Shown here in pieces: positions 41,101 through 47,862 of a stretch of 53,297 bases of DNA; within the stretch, counting starts at the first letter, position 1, and the number at the start of each line of letters is the position of its first letter. The stretch is from Candidatus Thalassarchaeaceae archaeon (lineage in GTDB: Archaea; Thermoplasmatota; Poseidoniia; Poseidoniales; Thalassarchaeaceae): contig JASMFB010000003.1 of NCBI GenBank assembly GCA_030751995.1, positions 1 through 53,297 of the forward strand, written 5' to 3'. The notes under the pieces are model-generated. The model did not search any database, was not told where the DNA came from, and was given only the letters and a program-made list of their open reading frames with translations. A program made the position numbers and the translations under genes.

Positions 41101-41291
41101 TCATTCTTGCATGTACTGGACTTGGATTTGGAATGGCCATGCTTTGGTTACGTGATGAGGATAATGAATCAGATGAAGAATGGGAAGACGATGATGAGGA
41201 CGATTGGCCCGAACCCCCTGATGAGTTCCCTGATGAAATTCCACCCCCTTTACCACCCGGCATAGGGGATGTCGATGAAGAGGAAGAATGA
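35118..41291 (+). CDS. Giant (2057 aa) membrane-anchored surface protein
   Basis: Signal peptide; three jelly-roll-like units ending GWYVDEI/GVFIDDI/GWYIDDV; CARDB-like end (VSNIG); C-terminal TM plus acidic/Pro tail ending DEEEE. Confidence 0.88.
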   Translation: MRAALLLVLLMLVAPFAQAMESPYIGDSEIILQSNGDGTLSNLSENSFEVPVNSTILDGWVNVSTGANGNGGTGQHWMSDDPTLNFSHGTFDDTSVAVFDHELTLGVNHTVGRLDDLESLSLQFQQYTVGGSADIWRMAEPGQFNGAFAMNYSARQAAGGLIPSLPTDGSLIAATLPEDSLPAGTHAWLTSPPSSVPSIANNWELSFNHWYHLHHSNSSTGSSGAWVEVSLNGGLTWTYVEPVGGYNWNISISAPVPTGASGTGFGVFGGPNASGWVNSTFDISHLHNSNSTGMQHRFVIWTDPLGTVDRPGWYVDEITISNDGETPGSWFHGSLFGEYAADAYAHLTLPVQINTSGGTSGAWMVRYWTDFDLEGGTWDKFEIRVSSDNLSWHRMSPVGGIPGPNGLTVSGRTIMEDSGGWVEVAHPFPSAFTIPSNGSFMLRVIVETDQMPSSGYGGIIDPPEGVFIDDISITRTQVGTTDILWSENFTTNAGAWHDRLPGGSYDQWQYLNNWGNNGPSESTWSFEDAPSIADGWYVHTPHGQAWEFGAVSNVSGWGPSSWPSGQTGVAMGLTTLHAANSWSHLISPSYHIPQGASARVAFDHFICAEPGWDGGALYTSVDNGTTWQIYGQDIPLFYDVQHWNNAQSPLYQQWVWDGSNQKGGSCTTNKSFTHVEGDLSGFGGQDVMLRFSFFSDTFIEMDGWYIDDVGVIVDWFESNGSWTSDLISENSRGFAPTIDIDASVPDGSWVKASLVDANGAPLTGAFEFENLTFPILPWGDSYRIRVEFGTNNNQLTPRIVGLHSGAVRILNTADGTNGWDISSSLQHDNVVGNISNPTLNTVRISGSSVYGDAPIEGVSIIAESAGALYQLWDGQGVLIASGMLNNQSVVFPHAAVNLRPTIDLQPGGWVRYASFTGHLGAPMNNGSLDVGGDGIIDWTWEYESDGSFGWYDGTQQQTFPWTSRSILDQGMALYADDDITWTWANGIHDSMVAGELRILEYPWTTIQNQSEPSDFSFSDIAISWESTTTITGLGPELRDIQSDAVNGTGPATIFSGDLQIPIVLEADQGGVALEGSITHAQRIVNEVTSVPLGTMVPDQNVTIISLHSHLFDRGLLDAAILRLHTSNGLDIEAHIDDLSGQPIATQVFGSDEISLESTTVLPVGPDAYQIEWNFHTEWAFDDQDWIRVLIEAIESNGFTLGPAHAMIGGSNHQAMENDLEVISWEVRDEQSRLLSNTWDARYPLHAIAGSTIDVSGTLRFEGQANQHPAIDAYRVALELTSVNGTTQSMGTSGSEGSFSASIVLPDEPGNVTISPWILQIGPPGVSTLGAEDASGGLLSIEVQIDSEAPTLGPLMIYTSEGGQLADENILSPDRIIPFWIDVHDAELLEPFVNLRCWFETYDDIDHDGIPDESEYGDSSQFLGGAPRGTIHVDFPAVSIAGMEDDDRISCFIEGGDFAGYDFVGSGSPGFDTDLATMTIQTQDPTQVSLPSISLDRHEEMSLLQGIQHTFSFTFQDGNGLNSIDLIEFDIAGDGRGIIQYYPLQNLLTTTVDSPVVPLGIMTESIGDDAYLVELSFAINLFAPEDWQEGAWVPSLRMIEEGELVSSGATNLEHLAWALDHRLMWRIEEILDLTAPSMSAFENRLNLQPGDSMLLRATIVHREVNEPLAIEIPSSSEIEISIEGGVVPYSSSHNSNGHGFNATIEFELGNWHGPIHMVQFGLINKSFLNSSLPDLAFEVAIDDVAPIIEFHTTSLIQLRSDSLNNQLVAFSIEDEGGMGDQPIELHWVYRRDSVDIAGTEGQEYLGLGVYSDDSWVYSKYVDFRPNTELELGDILLVWVEGQDLAGNALDGPGTHDTPRVPALEIMHFTPELVSIWINPPVPEVGQHVRVDIRVSNIGNLGGSLNVGLWAWEPQPNSESQIIRLSSQNISLDSRESILLSFEFETWREGDLQVYIVVNEDEDSRLPIDIPPIREEGASLSWFERVFGDGPLVVSLLILACTGLGFGMAMLWLRDEDNESDEEWEDDDEDDWPEPPDEFPDEIPPPLPPGIGDVDEEEE

Positions 41292-41319
41292 ACATCAGGA
41301 ATTTTGTCGCCGACTTATC

Positions 41320-41401
41320 GCAGGGGTTCCCGAGTGGTCAAAGGGGGCGGACTCAAGATCCGCTGTCAAGCGCTTCGCAGGTTCGAATCCTGCCCCCTGC
41401 A
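41320..41401 (+). tRNA. tRNA-Leu(CAA)
   Basis: Acceptor GCAGGGG/CCCCTGC-A, anticodon arm GCGGA-CTCAAGA-TCCGC, long variable arm, GGTTCGAATCC; no intron; CCA not encoded. Confidence 0.97.
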
Positions 41402-41402
41402 T

Positions 41403-41435
41403 CAATTGAAAAATTGATTTTCCAATTGAAAAATT
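41403..41435. repeat. Tandem 13-bp repeat CAATTGAAAAATT (x2), each quasi-palindromic
   Basis: Copies at 41403 and 41423 (20-bp spacing), between the tRNA and the metal ATPase. Confidence 0.75.
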
Positions 41436-41501
41436 CAATAATTGCAATTACCAAACCATCACGATAGCGAGGTTCAAACCCCCCGCACCTTTCGCAGAGT
41501 C

Positions 41502-44195
41502 ATGGACGGACCCGACGATTTCATCCTCGTAGAGGATGATGAAGAGATTTCCCCTCCAGTTGAACCACTTCCAGAATCCACACCGAAGTTGGAGAAAGTC
41601 GCTCTAAGTGAACGCCTTTCTCGTCTTTCCAAGGGCCTTTCAAGCCAGGTTGAGGCAGTCAAGGATCGACTCAAGCCGAGAATGGTAGATGTCGAGGCTG
41701 TGGCCACTTTGGAAGCCGAGGACCTCTCTCTAGAAATCGATGGTGTTTACACCTTTGAATGGCCGTTGAAAGGTATGGATTGTCCCGATTGTGCTGCAAA
41801 GGCGAAGAGGGCGACTCAAAGATTGCCAGGCGTCAATAAAGTCATCATTTCTGCAACTATGGGAACTGCCTCAATTTCCATTGATTTAGGGGTCGGCCAT
41901 ACGTCCAAAGCCTCCTCACTTCTGAGCAGCCTTGGACATGAACCTGACCTACCGTGGCAACGAATTCAAGGTGTGACAGCCACGGGCCTATCTGAGAAGA
42001 ATGGTGTAAGTCGAACTGAACTCAGACAATTGCTGATGCAAGTCCCTGCAATCTTGGATGTACGATTTGAGGATGCCAGCGTAGAATTACAAATTGTACC
42101 CAATCTTGAACAGAAACTCACGGTTGAATTGGAGAATGGATTGGAGCGAATCGTAGGTTCATCTGTAATTCTGAAAGAGGTTCAAAATCAACGATTGGAT
42201 TCAGGTCAATGGCGCCTTGTATCGACCATTCCTGCTATAGTCATTCTAGGCATCATAATTGGAGCGAAAAGCCTCAATGAGAATGTGTTGATGTCTCTTA
42301 CGTTGCTCGGTGTTGCACTGTCCGGTTGGCGAATGTTCTTTGACGCATGGGGTGGCTTAAAGAACAAAGAATTGGGATTTCAATTGTTGACATCTCTTGC
42401 AGTTCTTGGCGCCCTATTCGGTCAACATTGGTCTGAAGCGTTGATGGTTTCCATCCTCGTTGCAATTTCATCTCATATGGAGGAATCAGCACTGAAAAAG
42501 GCTAGAGAAGCGATGCAGGGCGGCCTCGATCGATTACCACGTCGCGCGCGAAGAGCCACTGAACCAAAGAAGATTACCGGCATTTCCATTGCCACCATCA
42601 CCACCAGTATCCGTCAAGCAGCCTGTTCACAAGATGATACGGTTGAAGATGACAACATGGTTCCCATAGAACTGCTTGAAGTTGGCGACAGAGTGGAGAT
42701 TCGTAGTGGCGAAATCGTTCCTGTTGATGGGATTGTCAAGGAAGGCATTGGTTCGCTGAATCGCGCTCCATTGACGGGCGAAAGTATCCCTATACGCGTT
42801 GCAAAGGGAGATGATGTGCATGCAGGTCTCGTACTTGATCGGGGCCCGATTGTGGTCGAAGCGACTGCCATCGGAGCAACTACTCGCCTCTCAGGCTTGA
42901 TTGACGAAGTTCGAACATTCAGGGACCGCCCCCCTCGCGTACAAGCAACGGTTGAATCATTCTCACAATGGTGGGTCCCTATCGTCTTGATTGGCGCTCC
43001 ACTCATTGGATTGATAACTGGAGATGTCCGAACGACGCTCCTCTTGTGGGTCGTCGCTTGTCCTTGCGCTCTGTTGCTTGCCGCCCCTGTTCCTCATGCA
43101 GCAGCTCTCTCAACCGCTTCATTATCTGGAGTTGTTGCTCGTGGGGGCGATGCGTTAGAGGCCGCTGCTAGAATCGATCTAGCGTTGTTGGATAAAACTG
43201 GGACACTGACTAGTGGCCACCCCCGTCTCGATGAGATCCGCATCCTCAAAGGACAGAAACGCGATTCCATCTTGCGATTAGCTGCCGGACTAGAGCAACG
43301 CTCTAATCACCCATACGCTGCTGTCATATTGCGTGAGGCTGAATCTGTTGGCACTGAGAGTGTGAAATCCCTCAAGGATGGGGATGCTGGTGTCGAGGGA
43401 ACACACAAGGGCAAGAAGGTCTTGTTTGGTCGAAAGGATTGGTTGATTCGTGAAGGCGTTGAGATTGCTGATGATTTACTTGCAGACCTTCAGGCTGAGC
43501 ATGGCCTCTCATTGCTGGCCAAAGATGGCAAAGCCATTGCCGCATTCACATTCATTCACGACGATTTGCGACCGGGAGCGGCGGAAATGATTCATGATCT
43601 ACAATCGATGGGTGTAGCGGTCGAACTTCTATCTGGTGATGCTCAAGCCGCTGTAGAGCACCTCGGGAAACAGGTGGGCATTCCTCCAATGCATTGCCGA
43701 GGAGAAATTGATCCAGAGGGCAAGGCGATGTGGGTTGAACGACGAAGCCAAGGACGCCGTACCTTGATGGCCGGGGACGGTTTCAATGATGCAGCGGCAT
43801 TGGCGGTTGCCGACCTCGGTATTGCTGTTGGAAGTGGAGAACAGGTCAATTTAGATGCTGCCGACGTTCTAGTGCCTGGCGAAGATCCGCGCGCAATAAC
43901 CACGTTGATTCGCATCGCCAAGCGAACTCGAGCAATCGTCCAATTCAACATAGCGATTTCAGTTCTGGTAACGACCTTACTGGTCATTGCCGTTATCATG
44001 GGAATTACAGACAACCTCGCCGTCGGAGTGGCGATTCACGAAATGAGTGCCTTCATCGTAATTCTAAACGGCGCGTTTGTAGCCATTTCTGGGAATCGAT
44101 TTTCACTTGTTTGGTCGGTGTTCCAATCCCTTTTCAATGACTACGTTGAGGCTTTGAAGTTGTTAACATCCAAACCAATCCCAACGGAAGCCTGA
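41502..44195 (+). CDS. Heavy-metal-translocating P1B-type ATPase
   Basis: HMA GMDCPDCA, TGES, VACPCAL, DKTGT, HP, GDGFND, final-helix HEMS. Confidence 0.95.
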   Translation: MDGPDDFILVEDDEEISPPVEPLPESTPKLEKVALSERLSRLSKGLSSQVEAVKDRLKPRMVDVEAVATLEAEDLSLEIDGVYTFEWPLKGMDCPDCAAKAKRATQRLPGVNKVIISATMGTASISIDLGVGHTSKASSLLSSLGHEPDLPWQRIQGVTATGLSEKNGVSRTELRQLLMQVPAILDVRFEDASVELQIVPNLEQKLTVELENGLERIVGSSVILKEVQNQRLDSGQWRLVSTIPAIVILGIIIGAKSLNENVLMSLTLLGVALSGWRMFFDAWGGLKNKELGFQLLTSLAVLGALFGQHWSEALMVSILVAISSHMEESALKKAREAMQGGLDRLPRRARRATEPKKITGISIATITTSIRQAACSQDDTVEDDNMVPIELLEVGDRVEIRSGEIVPVDGIVKEGIGSLNRAPLTGESIPIRVAKGDDVHAGLVLDRGPIVVEATAIGATTRLSGLIDEVRTFRDRPPRVQATVESFSQWWVPIVLIGAPLIGLITGDVRTTLLLWVVACPCALLLAAPVPHAAALSTASLSGVVARGGDALEAAARIDLALLDKTGTLTSGHPRLDEIRILKGQKRDSILRLAAGLEQRSNHPYAAVILREAESVGTESVKSLKDGDAGVEGTHKGKKVLFGRKDWLIREGVEIADDLLADLQAEHGLSLLAKDGKAIAAFTFIHDDLRPGAAEMIHDLQSMGVAVELLSGDAQAAVEHLGKQVGIPPMHCRGEIDPEGKAMWVERRSQGRRTLMAGDGFNDAAALAVADLGIAVGSGEQVNLDAADVLVPGEDPRAITTLIRIAKRTRAIVQFNIAISVLVTTLLVIAVIMGITDNLAVGVAIHEMSAFIVILNGAFVAISGNRFSLVWSVFQSLFNDYVEALKLLTSKPIPTEA

Positions 44196-44255
44196 CCCTG
44201 TCCTGTCGCCGCCTTGATATACGCGATAGGCCAAGCGGTTTTGAGGGGGGGTACG

Positions 44256-44720
44256 ATGGGCAAGATTCGTGTCGATGGCCGCACCATGTCGCTATCACAC
44301 CCAACCCGTCTTGCAATGTATGAAGAACTCCTAAATGCCGAAGAAATGTCTACCGTGATGCTCCAAAAGAGTACAGGGGTGACTCGCTACCATCTTTACC
44401 ATCATTTGCAATCTCTCGAGAAGAATGGATTGGTTGAGAACCATCGTAACGAAGGTCGTGCGCGATGGTGGAGGGTCACAGAAAGAGTGACCCTCACACC
44501 TGCCGCAGGCAACGATTGGTTGGACAATATACCAGCAGAAGTTCAATCACTACTCCAATCTGGCGCTAGAATGCATTACATCGCAATACCTTCTGGTCGT
44601 GATGTTACCACTGCGAAAAAAGCATTGGACACAATCGCGGAGATGTATGGTGCGGAAAAGACAGGTGTTACACTAATGCCAAATGGCATTCTTGTTCTAG
44701 GTCCACCGAAACGCTCCTGA
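44256..44720 (+). CDS. ArsR-like winged-HTH protein
   Basis: LSHPTRLAMY...LYHHLQSLEKNGLV...GRARWW. Confidence 0.82.
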   Translation: MGKIRVDGRTMSLSHPTRLAMYEELLNAEEMSTVMLQKSTGVTRYHLYHHLQSLEKNGLVENHRNEGRARWWRVTERVTLTPAAGNDWLDNIPAEVQSLLQSGARMHYIAIPSGRDVTTAKKALDTIAEMYGAEKTGVTLMPNGILVLGPPKRS

Positions 44721-44732
44721 GTAGGCGATACC

Positions 44733-45128
44733 ATGAGTGATGAAATCCGAGAAATTGAATCGAAGGTTGCACCACCTACGATTAATTGCCCTAACTGCGA
44801 AAGCATGCTTCCTCACGAACTTGGCGAAATTACATGCGTCGTATGTTCAGCGATTTCACGCATTGATCACAAACCAACTCGCGATAATTGGATAGACGAG
44901 AAAGTCAGTTGCCCAAATTGTCCGAAAATTCTCCGTGTCGGTGTTGATGAGAGACCCTGTGCCCTACGTTGTTCGGGCTGTGAGACCGTATTCAAGATTA
45001 CACCGAGCATTGTCAAAGTGGAAGTCTCTTGCCCGTCATGTGAGCGCCAACTTCGTATTCGTCCGCGTCCAGGGCGCCGTCGATTAGATTGCCCAGCATG
45101 TTCGGAATCATTCCATGTCACTTTCTGA
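44733..45128 (+). CDS. Triple zinc-ribbon protein
   Basis: Six CxxC motifs (CPNC/CVVC, CPNC/CSGC, CPSC/CPAC). Confidence 0.85.
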   Translation: MSDEIREIESKVAPPTINCPNCESMLPHELGEITCVVCSAISRIDHKPTRDNWIDEKVSCPNCPKILRVGVDERPCALRCSGCETVFKITPSIVKVEVSCPSCERQLRIRPRPGRRRLDCPACSESFHVTF

Positions 45129-45249
45129 GTAGATATTGGTTCATATCGCAGCATCCCAGAGGGTCTGATAATCCACCTGCGAAGATTGTTCAAACCTGTG
45201 GCGGTTAAGTATCAGAAGAATTCGAATGCGAACTGGGGATGGGACCCTA

Positions 45250-47775
45250 ATGAGTGTCAGCAGGGATAACTTAGCGGAACTAAGAGCACGGCATACTGCC
45301 GGGAAATCTGGTTCATCTGAAATACGCACACCTTCGCTTGACGACGTCCAGTCTCTCGATAATCGACTCAATGAAGAGCGAAGGATGCGGACTTCGCTAA
45401 AGAGAGAACGTCGACTTCGATTACAAGAACAGGCTGAGCGCCTTTCTGGAATGAAGAGTGCTCTTGCAAAAACAGCTGGAATGCAAACAGAAGGCGCACT
45501 TGCTGAGATAGAAGCCGAACTTCGTTCAGACATGGAAAACGAACTTGAGCGTCTTGAAAGAGACGTACTAGAGCGCGAAGAAGCCGCACTTCGTGAAGAA
45601 ATGAAACTACGACTAACCCGAGAAGAAGAATCCATACAATCTCGTCTTGAACTGGAATCCACTCGCCGCTTAGAAGCGCGTCGTGATCAACTCCGAACTC
45701 AATTGAAAGATGAAATGGATACTGAATTTGAGCGTCGTCGAGCATTCCTTGAGGAACGCCTTGAAATTGAAGCAGGCCAAGAAATGCAGCGACAGATTAG
45801 CGACATCGAGGATCAACTCAAAGGTGAAATGGCTAATCGTCTCGATGAAGAAGAAAGTTCCCAGGCCCGCAGAATTGAAGATGCGCAGCAGGCCCGATTA
45901 GCAGAGCGCGAAATCCAACTTCGAGACGGGATTCGCCGTCGCCTAGAACAGCAACTCCGCCAACGTCTTCGCGAGCGCGAAGCGCGCTTGCGTGCGGAAT
46001 ACGAACGACGCGCACATCGACTAGAAGAGCAAATTGCACAGGAACTTGCAACAGAACTTGAAACACGCCTCACACAAGAGACCGAACGCCTCGAGGGTCG
46101 AATGCAAGAAGATCTTGAACTTGCAGTTGCACGAAGACGTGAGGAACTTCAGGCATCGATTCTCAAGAGTCTTGATTCCGAATATGGCGAACGCCTAGCC
46201 CTACGCAAGCAGAGACTTAAGGAGCGATTCGACGTATCCTTTTCCCATGCAATCGATGAGATTGATCGTGCTTTGCACCTCGAACTTGAAGATACAGTTA
46301 GTGAAAGAATAGATTCAGAATTTGATCAGTACCAGACTGACCGTGACGCCGAAATCACTCAACACTTGAGCCAATTCAGACACGATCGCGAACTTGACCT
46401 TCGCGAACAGTTGGATACTCAATACGATGAAAAGAAGACTGAATGGATTTCACAGATTGAGTCTGAGTACACTGCTCGCCAGCAGGCATCCGAGCGTCAG
46501 ATTATGGCGGAAATCGATTCAAGAATTCGAAATGAGCGAATCGCCCAGGAAACAAATCTCGATCTCATCAAACAAGAGACCAGTCTTGACCTTGAAGTGG
46601 AAATGGAGGCCGAGTTGGCTTCCTTCCGCGCTCAAAAGGAACAGGAAGTTGCAGAACAACTTGAACGCCAAGTTGCCAAGCGTGAAGAAATCATGCGCAA
46701 CAAAGCTCTCATCGAAGTCAGGAGAAAGGAGAGCGAGATTCGTGCAGAAATTGAAGCACAACTCGCCATCAAGCGTGCAGAAATTCGTGATCGCTTGAAC
46801 CAACTCGAATCACGTGCCGAGGAATTCCGTACAGCAGCCGAAGAGAAACTCCGTGTTGAACTTGAAAAGGGCCTCATCACTGAAGAGGATTTAGAGGCCG
46901 AGGCCGAACTCAAGCATGCTGAAGAAGAAGCTGAACTTGAAGGACAGGATGGTCGATTGGACCGCCGGCAGGCTTGGATGGATGCTCTAGCAGGTGCCAA
47001 AGGACAGATGCCGGGTACAGCTGCAGGCGCCGCACCCGCATTAGGTCAAGCCCGAGGTGGTTTGGGTAGTCTTGCACGCCCAGGTGGTCTAGGATCTGCA
47101 CCGAAACCAACTGGTGACGACTCACCGAAAACCCTCGCCGCTCCAGTACGAGCTCCAGTTCAACGAACAGGCGGTCTTGGCTCAGCACCCTCTGCTGCAG
47201 GCGCAGTTACAACCGGAGGGCTAGCTTCTCTGAAGCCCGTCCGCCAGCCGATTCAATCACCAATTCCTGAAGTGGAACCTCCATCCGAATCCGAACCTAT
47301 GTCGGAAGAAGAATTCGATACAGAGCCTGAACCAATTGTTGAAGAGAAACCCTCTCTAACTCAGACAATTCTCGATGCGATTTCAGAAGATGATTCGACA
47401 CCTGTGGTAACAACCCCCTCCTCTGAATCCGAAACACCAGATTTTGCTGATATCACACCCTCATCTCGAGGGCCACCCGGCGGAGGTCGCCTTGTTCGTG
47501 AAGGCGCCCCAGATAAACCCGCCAAAGGCCCACCAACCCGCGGACCTCCAGAATTGGATAGTGAGACACCATCAGAGGAAGAGGACGAGGACGAGGCTCT
47601 CCCAACCCTTACGCCAGTGCTTCGCCCGGTTCTACAACCAACGCCCCGAAAGATACTCACTCCAGCGGATACTGATCAATCTGAAGAACCCGAAGAGAAT
47701 GAAGTCACAATCCTGAAACCGGTTACCCGTGCTGTATTGAAGCCGGTCTCATCCGACGCTTCGGAAGAAGAGTGA
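45250..47775 (+). CDS. Long E/R-rich coiled-coil protein with disordered Pro/Gly/acidic tail
   Basis: About 530 aa of charged, nearly Pro-free helix; no TM and no Walker motif; start 45226 or 45250. Confidence 0.88.
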   Translation: MSVSRDNLAELRARHTAGKSGSSEIRTPSLDDVQSLDNRLNEERRMRTSLKRERRLRLQEQAERLSGMKSALAKTAGMQTEGALAEIEAELRSDMENELERLERDVLEREEAALREEMKLRLTREEESIQSRLELESTRRLEARRDQLRTQLKDEMDTEFERRRAFLEERLEIEAGQEMQRQISDIEDQLKGEMANRLDEEESSQARRIEDAQQARLAEREIQLRDGIRRRLEQQLRQRLREREARLRAEYERRAHRLEEQIAQELATELETRLTQETERLEGRMQEDLELAVARRREELQASILKSLDSEYGERLALRKQRLKERFDVSFSHAIDEIDRALHLELEDTVSERIDSEFDQYQTDRDAEITQHLSQFRHDRELDLREQLDTQYDEKKTEWISQIESEYTARQQASERQIMAEIDSRIRNERIAQETNLDLIKQETSLDLEVEMEAELASFRAQKEQEVAEQLERQVAKREEIMRNKALIEVRRKESEIRAEIEAQLAIKRAEIRDRLNQLESRAEEFRTAAEEKLRVELEKGLITEEDLEAEAELKHAEEEAELEGQDGRLDRRQAWMDALAGAKGQMPGTAAGAAPALGQARGGLGSLARPGGLGSAPKPTGDDSPKTLAAPVRAPVQRTGGLGSAPSAAGAVTTGGLASLKPVRQPIQSPIPEVEPPSESEPMSEEEFDTEPEPIVEEKPSLTQTILDAISEDDSTPVVTTPSSESETPDFADITPSSRGPPGGGRLVREGAPDKPAKGPPTRGPPELDSETPSEEEDEDEALPTLTPVLRPVLQPTPRKILTPADTDQSEEPEENEVTILKPVTRAVLKPVSSDASEEE

Positions 47776-47781
47776 TGCAAA

Positions 47782-47804
47782 CGCACCCCCCCCATAGGGG
47801 TGCG
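47782..47804. terminator. GC-rich hairpin CGCACCCC-N7-GGGGTGCG
   Basis: 8-bp inverted repeat 6 nt after the stop of the coiled-coil gene. Confidence 0.45.
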
Positions 47805-47862
47805 ATTCATCGTCTGAACCAACGATGCGTTCTTTCAAAGGGGGACGTGTATTCGTCCATCC

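Noticed and set aside
13069-41401. Integrated element between the tyrosine recombinase and tRNA-Leu (CCCCTGCA at about 14184 matches the tRNA 3' end)
   Set aside because: The match is only 8 bp, and the interval holds essential genes (tuf, rpsJ, rps8e, polB); the recombinase looks like housekeeping XerA.
45250-47775. SMC/Rad50 assignment for the coiled-coil protein
   Set aside because: No Walker A/B, signature motif, hinge or zinc hook.
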